NCBI RefSeq assembly: GCF_003918875.1
Contig: NW_025765286.1
Coordinates: 124,001-188,000 of the forward strand
Source: Haliotis rubra
Lineage: Eukaryota
DNA: 64,000 bases
Direction of reading: 5' to 3'
Of this stretch, positions 47,240 to 60,908 are shown piece by piece (within the stretch, counting starts at the first letter, position 1; the number at the start of each line of letters is the position of its first letter). The notes under the pieces are model-generated. The model did not search any database. It was not told the DNA's origin and saw nothing but the letters and a program-made list of their open reading frames with translations. Position numbers and translations under genes: made by a program.

Positions 47240-50200
47240 CTACTCAAGGGCCTTTGACAGGGCTTCATAGCACTCTAAAGAAATCTGGGCTTCAGCCTTT
47301 GCTCTGTCAGAACTAGCAGAGTTGAAGTCCTGTTGTGCTTTGGCTAGACCATCTCGGATAGCCTGAAAATAGATCAAGTGAAAAACTTACATGAGATACT
47401 AATACAATCCATTTTATGACTACATGAGTTTAAATGGTATTCCACTCCATTAACATAATCATTTCAGATTGATGTGAATTAATAAATATGTACTGCTTGT
47501 TGAAACCCACAAGTGGGGGTATGGTGCTTATAAATCTTGAAACATAATCAGTGAGTGAGTGAATGTGTTAGTTAGTTTTACGCCACACTCAGCAATATTC
47601 CAGCTATATGGCGGTGGTCTGTAAATAATTGAGTCTGGACTAGACAATCTAGTGATCAACAGCATGAGCATAAATCTGCGCAATTGGGAACCGATGACAT
47701 GTGTCAACCCAAGTCAGCGAGCCTGACCACCTGATCCCTTTAGTCGCCTCATACGACAAGCATGGGTTACTGAAGATCAATTTTAAACAGACCTTCACGG
47801 GTGAAATATAATCAGAGCAAATGGGATTTGAACACACTGGAATAGGATTCTGGCACCCCAGAGGAAACCAACTTGTCACTTTGAATTGTGATGTCTGAGA
47901 TGACGGAGGCATAAACACAATACGTTTACATACACAATAAACTAATCCAGTAGTTCTTTCCGTATTACTGTACACTAACAGAAGACAAAATATAGACATA
48001 CATTTCCTTTGTGACTTTGTCAAGACTTTGAAAGAGAATATGTCATTTATCCTGTCATATAAATAACTCCATCACATATCCAATCTTGTCAACTTACAGA
48101 TGCATCAAGTCTGTCCACTGGGTGAGCTTCTTCTGCTAGGACCTGCACTGAGGAATCATCATTGATTGTAATTGACCCACTGCTCACTGAAACATGAATA
48201 TTGTATTTAACTGTGCAGTTCTCTATTGTGCAGCTGGTTGGTTTAACACCGATTACAGAGGTATTTATCCACACTTGCTTATCGGCCAATATTCGTCTAA
48301 AGTCAGCAGCAGATATGTTTAATTTGAATCAAAAGCATCCAGGTTTTACATTTAAGTGCTTATAACTGACAATTTTTTGTAAAGGAGTCTTGCATTTCAT
48401 TGAGAACAGGGCCCATAGAGGTAGAGGCTATAATTTATTGTATAAATTAGTATAATGGTTAGTCTTAAGTTTTTTATAACTACATGTTGAAAGCAATGAT
48501 AAAATGCTGCTGCATATAGGAAAACAGGAGTGAGTGAGTTATGTTTCACGCCACTTTTAGCAATATTCCAGCAATGTCACGGCCGGGGACACCAGAAGTA
48601 GGCTTCACACATTGTGCCCATGTGGGGAACTGAACAAGCGTCTTCGGCGTGACGACCAAACATTTAACCACTAGGCTACCACACCGGCCCAGGAAAACAG
48701 GAATAAATCCCAAACCTCTTTCACAAAGTTTGACTTTCTAAGGTGCTATGTTGGGCATCCCAGATAAATCAATGTTATATTTCAGTGTGTCACTAAATGG
48801 AAAGTGAAAACAGGCAAAGGTGTTACACATTTCCGTCAATGGTGAAAACCAGCCAAAATTGCATACAATCAAAAGCCTCAAACAAAAATATACACTTTTC
48901 AACCAATCTTTCAATAAATCAATAATTTGAATAAACATAACATACAATTACTTGGCTGACTGACTGACTGAGTTTGGTTTTACGCCGCTTTTAGCAATAT
49001 TCCAGCAACATCACGGCAGGGGACACCAGAAATGGGCTTCACACATTGTACCCATGTGGGGATTCGAACCCGGGTCTTCGACGTGACGAGCCAACGCTTT
49101 AACCACTAGGCTACCTCACCGCCCCTACAATTACTTGGGCTTAACACATTGGAATATGCCTTTTCAAACATAACCATAATAACATAAATCAAAAAAGAAC
49201 TGTTGAGAGGTAGGATAAAAAAATAGGTATTACAATAAATTGAATATATATGAATACTCCTTTAAATAACTGAACCATGAAGTCCAAACGCAAAGGTAAA
49301 TCTGTGCCAGTTCTTACCGAAAACCTTCTTTGTGGACCCATCTTCCTCGTAGACTGTGACAACACCTGGCTTGAGGACAGCTAGAGAAGGAACATGATCT
49401 GGGAGGATACCAAAACTACCACTGAGTGATGGGACATCAACCTGCTTCACCTTGGCATTGTTGTAGAAAATCTGTAATAGCAGGACAGTCACCTTCATTC
49501 ACTCAGTTCAGCAGAACATGTTATAGAACAGAGTGGATAATTAAGTTGTTTTGCTACTTCTTTGAACATTTTATTTCAGCTTGGTGTGTGGGGAATGTCT
49601 GAAGTGATGTAGGCTTTGATGTTTACCACATTGGCCAAATCCAAAGTGTACAGACAAACCAGGAAGCATAAACAAAGCAGATCTACGATTCAAAACCCTA
49701 GTCATAGATTTAAGACACAACTGCAGGATGCAACGTGGCACAGTGAACAAAATCCCTGTCTACAATAAGATTTAGCACTTATGGAGATAAATATACCCAG
49801 AGATCAAAATTAAACTTGAAAATTAATAGGTACTTTGCTGGTATCTCAAATTGCAATCATGAGGTCCTTATATATTTAGTAGCAAGACAAATCAAATGTT
49901 TGAAAAGTATTATCAAAACCAGACATGACAATGACTGACGAAATACATCTTCTGTTTTGCATGTATGTAATTGATGTCAATCATATGCTATATATCTTAC
50001 TATATGTACTCATATTTTACAGTGTTGTGAACTAATTACGTTTATAATCATGACTACGTAAAGAACATAGTTTACAAATACAGCTATCTATAATAACTTC
50101 CTTCAGCATGTTCAGTGCCTGTCCTTCTGTAACCAATTCCATCTTCATATTGTTGGTGCAGATGAGGAGTTTGTCAGTTTTCACCATTTCATGCTTACTG

Positions 50201-51086
50201 TCTATGACCTAATACTTGTCGATATGGTTTTATTTCAAAAGATCATATAATATCCCACCATGCCTGTGAGAAATTCTACTGACATATCAGACATGCACTT
50301 GTGACAAGTGGTAATGAAAGGCACAAACTGCCATTTGCAAAAACAAAATTTGGGTCTCTTTAGGCATTTTTTTCGATAAAAAGGTTTGATAAACGATATG
50401 CTTTTCAGTTATTCTTTAGCAGGGATTGGGAAAGGCAGGGGCCATTTTGCACATTAGATAAAAAATGGCCCCAAAATTTTTTGAAGTTTACTATTGATAC
50501 AAGGGCAGTGGCCCATTCTAAATTCAGAAAATGTCTAATAATCCTGAAAATGGCCCGTTGTCAAAGTTCTCTACCCCAATCCCTGCTTTAGTATTAGAAC
50601 ATACAACACTCTTTCCCAACAACCCCCGTAACCGCCCGTGTAAACACTGATGTCCGAAAACCTATGATGTGAGGATAATCGAAGAAAACTTGAAAATGAA
50701 ATGCATGGTCCGCATTCACTTGTCTCTGTGTGATCAGTACCCGACTATCATCTAAACTTATTTCTAGACATGAAAAATTCAACCTTTTTTATCTAGCATC
50801 GAAATGTATGGCACACTTCACGGGCACACTGAATGCTAATGGCTCGCCAACAACCTCAAGGAACAAACAACCCTATTTGCCCTTGAAATGTTTGGCAAGT
50901 GCGTTTATTTTCGTGATACCGGTAATTTCTTTTAGCGGGGAAATATTCACTTACATCTGATGGCGATGCCATAGTGAATGCCATATCTGCGTAACCCCTC
51001 TTGCTGACATTCTGTGTTACTGCTAATCTCGCGCACTGCTGCAACAAGACAGGAGCACGAGTTATCTGACGGACGAACACTGCCAT
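47240..51086 (-). CDS. ATP5F1D: Mitochondrial ATP synthase F1 subunit delta, 165 aa
   Basis: Exons 50955-51086 (transit peptide, MAFTMASP), 49318-49471 (VKQVDVPSLSGSFGILPDHVP), 48098-48186 (VSSGSITINDDSSVQVLAEEA) and 47240-47362 (AEAQISLECYEALSKALE*); phases consistent. Confidence 0.96.
47551..47802 (-). mobile_element. SINE family B
   Basis: Matches 7950-8193. Confidence 0.85.
48528..48690 (-). mobile_element. tRNA-derived SINE family A
   Basis: Full copy; AGGAAAACAGGA flank duplicated. Confidence 0.85.
48957..49125 (-). mobile_element. tRNA-derived SINE family A
   Basis: Full copy; TACAATTACTTGG flank duplicated. Confidence 0.88.
50420..50585. mobile_element. Short MITE
   Basis: CAGGGATTGGG ... 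CCCAATCCCTG termini; CTTTAG duplicated. Confidence 0.7.
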
Positions 51087-51867
51087 GGCTCTAACAAATA
51101 TGGCGACCGTGGGAGCAGGGGAGGTAACTCTATCTTATTTCAATACCATCGTTTTTGGTACTTGGATAAATAATATCATGCTAGTTCGAATCATGTCGTC
51201 GAACTTATTATTTTTTTAACGTTCTTTTAATATAACATATTTCAACAGTCATATTCCTCCCAAAATATGAACTCTAGTCCAGAGAACATAACACAGAAAT
51301 ATTTCAGAAGACCTTTTTTATCATCTTGTTTGTAAATGGTTGTGTGGGTTCTACTACTCGGGGAAAACCGCAATTTTCCCCGTGGAAGCCATTTCAGTGA
51401 TACTTTCTGCAGATGCAAAATATAGATCTAGTAAAATAGTGTATACAATCTCCAAATTCTCGCTAAAATCTTATATTTAGAGGCACGGAAACGTTTCTAA
51501 ATAATCAAGAAACAAAAAGACATAGTCATTGCTAGTTTCTTATGTTGACACTGGAACAAACAAAAAAGAAAGAAAGAAAGAAGAACAACACCCAGATTCC
51601 CAAAGCAAGTTCACTTGTTTCAGATCGCTGTGTTTGCCATTTATAAAATAATATAATTTAAGCAATATATTCCAGAGACCACTTTACCTTTTGTTCACGT
51701 TATTGAATCGTGTGTTGAGTGGACATATTAATGGTTCCTGGCTAAATACGAACTGGCTGGCTATGGTCATATGGATGCTTCCTGCAACAGTTTTGGGACC
51801 TTTTTGTATAGACATATAACGATGAAAATATACACGCCTTACAGACTCAATGCTTATATGGATGAGC

Positions 51868-53345
51868 GGGCGGTGGGGTAGCCCAGTGGTTAAAACATCA
51901 GCTCGTCACGATAAAGACCCGGGTTCGATTCCCCACATGAGTACAATGTGTGAAGCTCATTTCCGGTGTCCCCCGCCGTGATATTGCTAGGATATTGCTT
52001 AAAGGTCACATGCAACGGACAACACAACTTTGCAGATTCTGATACCTTTCGGTATGGACTTACAGTAACAAATTATCAAAAATGCAAATTCAACTTATAA
52101 AGTTGATAATTAACGCGAGGAAACAACCCCCGCGAAATCGAAGTTCAAACGATTAACTAATTTCACCCCAGCGTTTGGGTGAAAAGTGGTTTCAACAGCT
52201 GTGCTGCGCTGTGCCCATAGCGCATGCGCAGTGATTAGGTTTACACGGCTTGAACCGGGAAGGCGACTCGTAAAAACACAGCAAGTGATGCGTGCAAGGA
52301 TTATCGCTGTGGTTTGGGGAACAAAAGATGTTTCTTGTGATTACAAGCATCTTTGGTCTGCAGTAATAAAAAATACACTGGTCCCATGCTTTTTCTTATA
52401 TGTTTTCACGTCTTGCTTTTTGGGGGTTGGCAGATTTGCAAACCAAGTTTTCAAGAAAGTGTAGCATTAGAAATACTAATTTCTTTCTTAAAAATTGCTC
52501 AGGTTGAAAACTGAAATGTTTTAATACATGTCTATGGAAACAGAAAAATATGTTGATTGTGATAAGCAATCTCTGTCACAGACAAAACTCAATGTCTGTT
52601 TTATTGACACCTATGTGTCTGCTAATGACAATATGCAATACTCAACTTCAATCATTGACCACATGCAATTTGTACTTGAAACGTATCAGGCTATACACCA
52701 TAAACAAAATACATTGATTTATGGCTCGTGCACCTGAGTTCTGTCTCTGTTACATTATGTAATTACACAGACAGGCAGGTGTGATACTTGAACACATGAC
52801 ATGTTATTATGTCTGTGGGTTGCAAACAAACTGCATCCATTTTTCTCGGATGACTGGATCGGACGGAAACCGGTGCAAACTCAGATTGTCAGTTTCAAGT
52901 CCTGCTTTGTACTTGGACGAACGACAGTTTCCAGCCACGCAGTAGTTCACCATCTCAGTGTTTGTTGATTGGATCGAACACAAATACAGAAACAATGAGC
53001 AAGTATTTACAAAACCCAACATCTATATATATACACACACACAATGAGCCCTCAGCGATTTGGCAAATGAACCAGCCAATGAAAGGCTTCGTTACACTTA
53101 AGTGCACACCCACCCGCTCTTACTGGGTTCAGTCTCCCGGGTGCTTCGTTTCGAGGGAAGTAAACCCAAGTACCAAATATTGCACTTTTGATTTGCGATT
53201 GTACGCTTATAATTTTGTTTATTTGTTTTTTCATAATCAGCAATGTATATTATATGTCATGAATAAGTGATAATTGTGTTTTAATGAAGTTTGATGTTTT
53301 GGTTGCATGTGACCTTTAAAGCAGCGTACAACATACTCACTCCCT
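51868..53345 (+). mobile_element. SINE family A copy split by a Kolobok-like insertion
   Basis: Head and body at 51868-52002; tail resumes at 53320-53345. Confidence 0.8.
52003..53315 (-). mobile_element. Non-autonomous Kolobok-like DNA transposon with a THAP-domain remnant
   Basis: TTAA|AGGTCACATGCAAC ... GTTGCATGTGACCT|TTAA; purine-starting termini argue for Kolobok over piggyBac; THAP fragment MVNYCVAGNC..LHRFPSD...REKW at 52807-52953. Confidence 0.8.
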
Positions 53346-53759
53346 CACACTATATGGATGAGCAGCAGATGTCAGCACCAGATCACGGGTTAACGAAGAG
53401 AATCGTACCAAGGGAGAACTTGCACAGTTAATGATAATGTCTGAACACTCGGTAGATGACACTGATGATATTCGCACAACTCAGTTCATAAATGATCCAT
53501 AGACATTTGGTCATGATAGTTGTTACAAGAGTTGATTGATTAGCTCTTAGTCCCACATAGAAGGACTCGCGGAATCACCAGTAACCAGCCATAGAGGCAG
53601 TCGGTAGTTTGTGTAGCATAGAAAAATTATCTATAAGCCGTGAACGTTTGTTTATTGCTCCACTTAGTAGCGCTGTAGTTGTATGACTGTAATTTGTTAG
53701 TCTGAACCAGGTTGATCCGGAATTGATATAACGGACAAGGATCCACAGGTGAGGTAAGG

Positions 53760-54090
53760 TGAAATTGGGTTTCAGGTTGTGCTTGAGAATATTTCGCTCA
53801 TATAACGAGGTGATGCGTGTGTATGTGCGGCTGCTTGTACTAGCCCAGACTTAAGCTGTTTTTATAGTGCTAGCTCACTGAGATACCATGCTGCAGTGAA
53901 GCATGAATACCCCACTCAGCCACATTATATCGGGCCCGGCCAGTCCTTCGTGTACCCATTAATGCCGAGCGCCAGGCAGGGACCAACAAGTACCATATTT
54001 TAACGTCCTTTGGTATGACGCAGTTGGGGAATCGAACCCGCTACCTTCCGCTCTCCGGGCAGACGCTCTAACCACTACACCACGGAGGCG
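53760..54090 (-). mobile_element. tRNA SINE family C (V-domain-like)
   Basis: Matches 30267-30590; GGATCCACAGGT flank duplicated. Confidence 0.78.
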
Positions 54091-54697
54091 ATCGGATCCA
54101 CAGGTACCATGACAGGGAAAAGGTGTCACTTGAAAAGGCAGCTATGGTGGCAAATGGATCAAGGATATTCATCATTACTACATAATCATAAATGGAGATA
54201 AAAACATTGGACAATTGAGGATGTTTTCTTTATTGCATTTCGGTGAGTGCTTGAAAACGTTATGACACACCTTCCTCTATATGTGAATTATAACGGAACT
54301 GTTAAGCTCAACCACAATTCATCTAAGCATCGTTTACTGTGGTCTTTTGACAGTGTTGAGCATCTGGCCACATAAGAATACAGTCTATTGGAAAATATAT
54401 CAGAATGAAACAAACGTATTCATGTATATATCTGGACCTGTTTTCAGACTCAAGTTTTAAGCAAGTTTATTGCTTTGCAAAGAGACTTGACTTCAACTGG
54501 CAACAGGCCGCTGATAAACAAGCAGTGTCTGTAGTAGAGCATAGTTTTATACTGAATGAAATATGAAAACCCAACCCTCATTTAAAGTACATGTACTCAT
54601 GCAATGAGTCTTCAGTGTCAATTTCATTTAAAGAAAATGGCTTATAGTACTTGAGCTCAATAGGGCAGTATACTTCATAATAAGCTTCAAAACCAGG

Positions 54698-54858
54698 ACT
54701 GACTGAGTTTGGTTTTACGCCGCTTTTAGCAATATTCCAGCAACATCACGGTGGGGGACACCAGAAATGGGCTTCACACATTGTACCCATGTGGGGATTC
54801 GAGCCCGGGTCTTCGGCGTGACAAGCCAACGCTTAACCACTAGGCTTCCCAATGCCCC
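54698..54858 (-). mobile_element. tRNA-derived SINE family A
   Basis: Full copy; TTCAAAACCAGGA flank duplicated. Confidence 0.88.
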
Positions 54859-55137
54859 TTCAAAACCAGGAATGCAAACATCTCCATCTTGAAAATATGT
54901 AACAAATAGACAACGCAACAAAGTTCGGATTTTACTCTCATTTACTTGTCCACACTAAATATTTGTACAAAACAGTTTGGTGAGAGCCAATGAATGAACA
55001 ACTGAACAGTGAATGGCCTTTGCTAAACAAAAAACAACAAATGGTCAGTCTAATGCTCTAGATCACCTCAACTTGAACAGATACCATTCAAGTCCCTCAC
55101 ATATAGATGCTTGAAAATTATCTTAGGCTACACGTCA

Positions 55138-58100
55138 TCATTTCAGCTTGGCAAACAGGTCTTTTGCTACCTGGAATGGAAACATATATACTATGTCAGA
55201 ACAATGACAACTTTAAAGTTTTTAATACCTGTATTCATTAAACACAGTAACAAGTAAGGTTAATTTTTGTATCATTTCATAGTACTAAAGACTACTGTAT
55301 CACCCATATGAGCATGTCAAGTTAAGTTGATATTTAAGGGAAATAATATTCATGATAATACCTTGCCATGCCATATTCCATAAAAAAGTAAAGGGATCAT
55401 ATCACTATGTGGTAATAGGAGTGTCAGTACAAGCATTATACACATCCAAGTTGAAGATACATGTTGGTTCCCAACACTAAGGTCAAGGACTTCAACTAGG
55501 TAGTCCATCAGCAGGGGGCAACTATCAGTCTTCCACTTTCTAAAGCATTTTACTTTGTGACAAATATTGCATCACTGCAGCTAATGAAGGGATCTTTTTT
55601 GGAGAGTTGTGAAGACACCTTTGCCAAATTCTCAAACAAGTAAAGCCTCTTCCACAAATTGTGTGTAAAGTACTAGTATGCATGCCATATACATTCTCTC
55701 AAGCATAGCCATCATTGAAAGTAGGTATTTAACTAATAATTTACTAATTTACTTAACACCTGTAAGATTTACACGTGGGGCCAATCATATTAATTTGTTA
55801 ATAATTAGTTCATAAATCATGCTGAAATACCTGTGCTTTATCATGTTACAAATAAATTGAGGGGGAATTCATCTTAGATACTAATTTTCATTTCTACCCA
55901 TTGCAAAGAACAAAACCATACAATGCTATAAACCATTAACATGTTTCATGAATGAAAGCATAATCATATGTAAATGGATTCTATCATTTTAACTTTTACC
56001 TATGTTCTTTCCCTCCAGATCAAGAGAGAGAAAAATAACTCCAGCTTGCAACTTACACATGCATCTACACAGTGGACGAAGTCAAACAGCTCCTGCGTAC
56101 AAGTCTCTGCCGTTTCCGACCGACCAGTGACTCTCTCTGTACAAGCATCCCACTCAGCCTTGTACTTCTCACAGGAGGCACCACAACTCTCCTTCATTGT
56201 GTCCTGAGGATCCTAAAAAAAGATAAAACCAACAGCATGAATACTTGTAACATGACGTTAAGATAAAGGCACCTGAGAAAAGGTGAGTATGTTGTTGCTT
56301 GTACTAGGGTTCAATGCCAGATTCAGTGATACCAATCCTCGATAATATCCAGGCTATACGTTACGATCACTCTCCACTATACCCCCGGATGCATCCACAG
56401 CTTGGCCCAATGATTTTATTACCTCCTTTGGCTGGCTTTTTATCAATCAGGTGTCTACGCTGGGAAGTTGAGCGAACCAATCACAACTCGCTTTCGCTTC
56501 TTAAATTATCTAGCCGTTTAAAGTTAACACAATTGATGCAGAGGTACTCTGAAAGAGTTAGAAGGATTTCTTTTATATTTCTTTTGAAAGTTTCAGATCC
56601 GTTAATTTGTCTATATTATTTCCTCAAAAGTCTGAGTGGCCCTGCGAAAAAACCTTCATGACTGCAACCACTATCTTTGTTGACACTGGCAAGCTCGGAT
56701 GTAATGGCTGCTTAGCTGACTAGCTACTGTGAGAATACAGAGCCAGCAAATGGAGGTAATATAATTATCGGGCCAAGCAGTGGATGCATCCAGGGTATAG
56801 TGGAGAGTATACCCTGGAGATTATCGAGGATGAGTGATACCATGAATCAGCACAATCTCGATACTTCACTTAGGCACATTATACTCTGAGCCAACCAGTC
56901 CTTGTTTTGTCCCTCTTACACTGATATCCACAGACATGATACAAAATGATTGACAAGACCATTAAGTTCACATGGTTTTATCACATGTTGATAAAAATCC
57001 CCAAGCTGGGTAAAGAGGTAAATAATCTAGTGCATGTTGAGAAAGAATTGTGAAATAATCATTGATTTCTGTTTTGTATTTACTGGAAGTATATGACACT
57101 AAGTTTTTCAGACGGTTTTGGAACAGATCTTTTAAAAATAAAATAATCTATGAACAAGTATGTCATGTTTAACACCTCGATTTTGTTGGGTCAAAACAAC
57201 CTGTCCCTGTAGATTTTGACTTGTCAAAGAGACAGGTGGCCTTGTGTAACCCTGCTAATATATAAACCTGACATGGACAAGGACTCAAATGAATTCAGCT
57301 CACCACCAGGTCCTCCTCCTCTTCCTCCTGTAACAATGAAAAACAAAACCTCATGTGAATAATGTTAATATCACACTTGAAATCATAAAGTAACAACTAC
57401 CTTAACCCTAGTTTTTGAAGACCCTTCAAACTTAATAAGGATGTGTCACATTCTGACATTGTTTACATGCTTGAATCATTCACAAAAAATACATCATGAA
57501 GTGTGGTTGGTGGTCATGAATGAAACAAGGATACGCTTTTGTTATTTCTTGGTTGTCAGCACTTTACATGCAAATTGTTGCTCTGTAGATGGGAAAAACA
57601 GGGGACATTACACAATTATTTCAGATTCAATTTAAGTTCTTAGATGCGGACTGCTTCTCCATAACAGGCATTTTTGTTTTAATTTAAGGTTTTGAGGTGA
57701 ACATTTTCTCACATTATTGGTAGAAACAGAAGATGTTTTCTATTCATGACAATGACAGTATAATGAGTGAGTGAGTGAGCACGTCAGCTGGATGTGACAA
57801 GAAAGCATGGAATCATATCTCTACCTCTTTGGTGACCCTTTGGTATTGTGCTGACAAGCCTAGAAATATTAGGATGTAAACAGGAATGTCAAACAACTTT
57901 CTTAGTTCTGGTTGAAACATCACAAATTAATTGTTTTATACCGACTGGGTATATAATAGCTTATATCTTGTTGTGCAGTTATCCACTGCTAGTTCAGATG
58001 GTGATGGGATCCATGGCAACAGTAGAAACAAATATGTACCATATTTTCAGAGGTTGTTTTCAGTCAGTTGCTTTGCTTAAAATGAGTACATACAATCTCA

Positions 58101-58711
58101 TTGAACAGAGAATTTCCAGAAGAATGGGGAAAGATTGAAGTTGATTGTGAGTGATATATTTTAGTCTTATTCAATTTCAAAGCTCGAACTGATGAGGAGG
58201 TTCATGCCATGGCAAAATAATTATAGGATCATGAAAGAAACAGCTGTTTGTTTTAAAACGTCTTTATATTGTAGGAAAATATGTCCCAATTATATCCAAG
58301 GGCAGGGGAACACATTTTCCTCAATGAAGTAGTTAATGAAACAAAGATCATTATCTTCAATGCTAAGCAAATAAACGTTTACATGAAACTTCGCAATTTT
58401 TGTCTACGAAAATTGAAGATATAACAAAACATTTCAAGCAATGCAGCAGATATGGCTTTTAATGGTAGATTTGTGTGGGTTATTGAGCTGTGATTTCGAT
58501 CAAGGTGACCGGTGTCACGAGCATATTCGTCTGACACGATCTCGGCTTCATCGGTTATACCGTACACATGTTGAATCAGATCATCATATATATAACAACA
58601 CGGATTGAATGTGATGTAGTTAAGTGCAAATGTTTCATTAACTCCTGTGTAATATCAGAATATTACCTCTGGGGGGTCAGAAGAAAGTACCACTTCGTCT
58701 CCTAGCGCCAT
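55138..58711 (-). CDS. UQCRH: Cytochrome b-c1 complex subunit 6 (hinge protein), 85 aa
   Basis: Exons 58667-58711 (MALGDEVVLSSDPPE), 57304-57327 (EEEEEDLV), 56057-56212 (DPQDTMKESC..CTERV..ETCTQELFDFVHCVDAC) and 55138-55170 (VAKDLFAKLK*). Confidence 0.94.
56333..56832. mobile_element. Long-TIR MITE in UQCRH intron 2
   Basis: Inverted termini of about 110 bp (ATCCTCGATAAT.. and ..ATTATCGAGGAT); AGTGATAC(CA) duplicated (8-10 bp). Confidence 0.78.
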
Positions 58712-60908
58712 GTTGGAACGGTAAGGTCCCGGATACAGGGACCGTTCAGTGAGTTATGTAAATGCATGCTATAACAAGTAAAATGAATGCTCCCTTGCTT
58801 GTTGTGAACAACGCGACCTCCCAACGCTTATCTCAAAACGCATCAGAAAGAGATAAAGCTTTTTTTAGTTGTAGGAAGGGGATGCAGGGAAGGACGGTGG
58901 ATCAAGTGGCGTCGCGATGTGTTTATAATAAGAGCCTCTTGTGAACAAACGTGGTGCTTGGCTATATTACCTTAACTAATTCCGGTCCCTTCCATTCATA
59001 AAATGAATTGGAGATTAAGTTAAATTCGACATAAACCATACATATATATCTGTTTTGATTTTTCGCTTTTCTAGAGTGTGTTTTCATAATCTATCGGGTA
59101 AAGCTTTTTACGACCAAACCGAAGTTGTTCAGTGGATATTTTAATACTTTCTGTGCATTAGTACAATAAAGCGAGTCGGAAAATACTGTGAAACCAACGA
59201 ATTACGCCTCATTGTTTGTTTCCTCTGTAGCACCAATACTCATTGAAGGCTCTGAGGACAATAAGGCCGCTTGTTACCTATATTTTGATACGGAACTCCT
59301 GCGGGAGAATTTTAAAAGCTGATTAACAAATCGATTGGATGACAAATAAAGTACTACTTTTAATGTAAATGTGTCTGTTGGCGCTTAAAGTGGAAGATAT
59401 CGACACGGGATGAATAATACATAACATGTTCGTTTGATATATTGGCCCCTACAGGTAATAAATCCAACTTAGGCATTTGTCCTGTGGATAGTAGTTGTCC
59501 TCTAACAACAATCTGTGAAACCAGATCTTTACTTGTCATCACATGGAAGCTAAATACATTATATGGGATCAAAACAATGTATACGCCGATACATCTTAAC
59601 AAGCATGATTGCTTCTTGTATTTTGTATTTTTTTCAAAATGTAAATTAAAAAGCAGCAGCAATGGTCAGTTAAGTCCTCTTTGCTATTACCTATGCTTTT
59701 GCATGCTCGTTCCACCAACTCTTGCCCAAAGCAAATGTCATTATTACCCTGGATAGCCCAAGCATTGTAAATGTGTTTTACATGTACCTTCAGGTTTCTC
59801 CGTGACTTAACAGGAACCCTTTTAAAGTCGCCTTTAAAAGGTTACCCATATAACTTATCATTATTTTGCGCCGATTATTTTGACCGTAACTCATTCCGGG
59901 CGTGGGTTAAACGATGGAATCGTCTGATAGGTGTCGTAAGCATGTGTTTCACCACTCTCCAAACCGGGTGTGAGTTGTCGAGTCATGGCTACTGATTATG
60001 ACGACCCGAAATGGCAATACTAGTCAATGTTGCATGATCCCTTGGCACCCCACCCCAGTTGGGACCCTAAACCTAGTTACGACATGGCCCTATTCTTTCT
60101 TTGTGTGTATACAGCAGTCCTCGTATACTCAAAACACAGTTACAACAATGGAGTCTAGCTGGAATAAACCAGCGTAGAGGTGTATTCGTACCAAAGTATT
60201 ATTTCAAACAGTTTATGATGTAGTTTTTATTACAATTAATTTGCAAAGATCAGTCCTACAATAGTTTCATTACGTAACCTGGTGGGGAAATAATACAGAT
60301 CCATCGTCACTCTGTTAAACGATTACTTTGAATTTTACCTCCGCGTCTACAACGGTAGCTCAGTTATCATTAGTGCAAACTAATAGACAGTAACTGCTGT
60401 TGGTGGTGGTGTTGAATTGGTGGTGTTGAATTGTTGAATTGTGCCGTGAACGCCATTTTGAATGGTAGGTAGTCAGGATGAACGCTGATCACAAATCCTT
60501 TAATATTCTGCTGTTGTCATAACGCGAGCGCCATTACGGATGGACTGACCATAAACACTGTGATCACTGAACGTGTACCGTTTTGTTGTAAACACGAGGC
60601 GTAGTAATATACATCAGTGCAAAGACGCTTTATGATATAAACAAGTCACTGAGAAAACAGTTGAAATGTTTAAAACGAAACTCAAAAACAATAATCAATT
60701 TAAACAGATCACAGGGTAACTCAATTTAAAGAGATGAGTGTATTTGCTATGTGTATATTAAGCTAAATATAAAAACGCTGGTTTTGAGTAAATTTTCCAA
60801 AGATTTCTGGAAAAAGTTTTCATTATCTGAATTATAATCCTCATGGCGGTGACCTTCCTTTGAGTTAAGGATCAATGCTGGTAAATAGCTTCCTTTTTAC
60901 TGTATATA

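Larger units (their letters stand above)
39053..47431 (+). repeat. Segmental duplication unit 2
   Basis: Colinear with 31948-38524; carries extra segments at about 40755-41201 and 44472-45690. Confidence 0.9.

Noticed and set aside
47240-58711. ATP5F1D and UQCRH adjacency as an OXPHOS operon-like cluster
   Set aside because: The genes are separated by about 4 kb of repeat-rich DNA and each has its own start context; there is no sequence evidence of co-transcription.
60338-60460. Minus-strand AAAATGGCG start with a nearby donor-like site
   Set aside because: The frame closes after about 27 low-complexity codons and there is no recognisable product.
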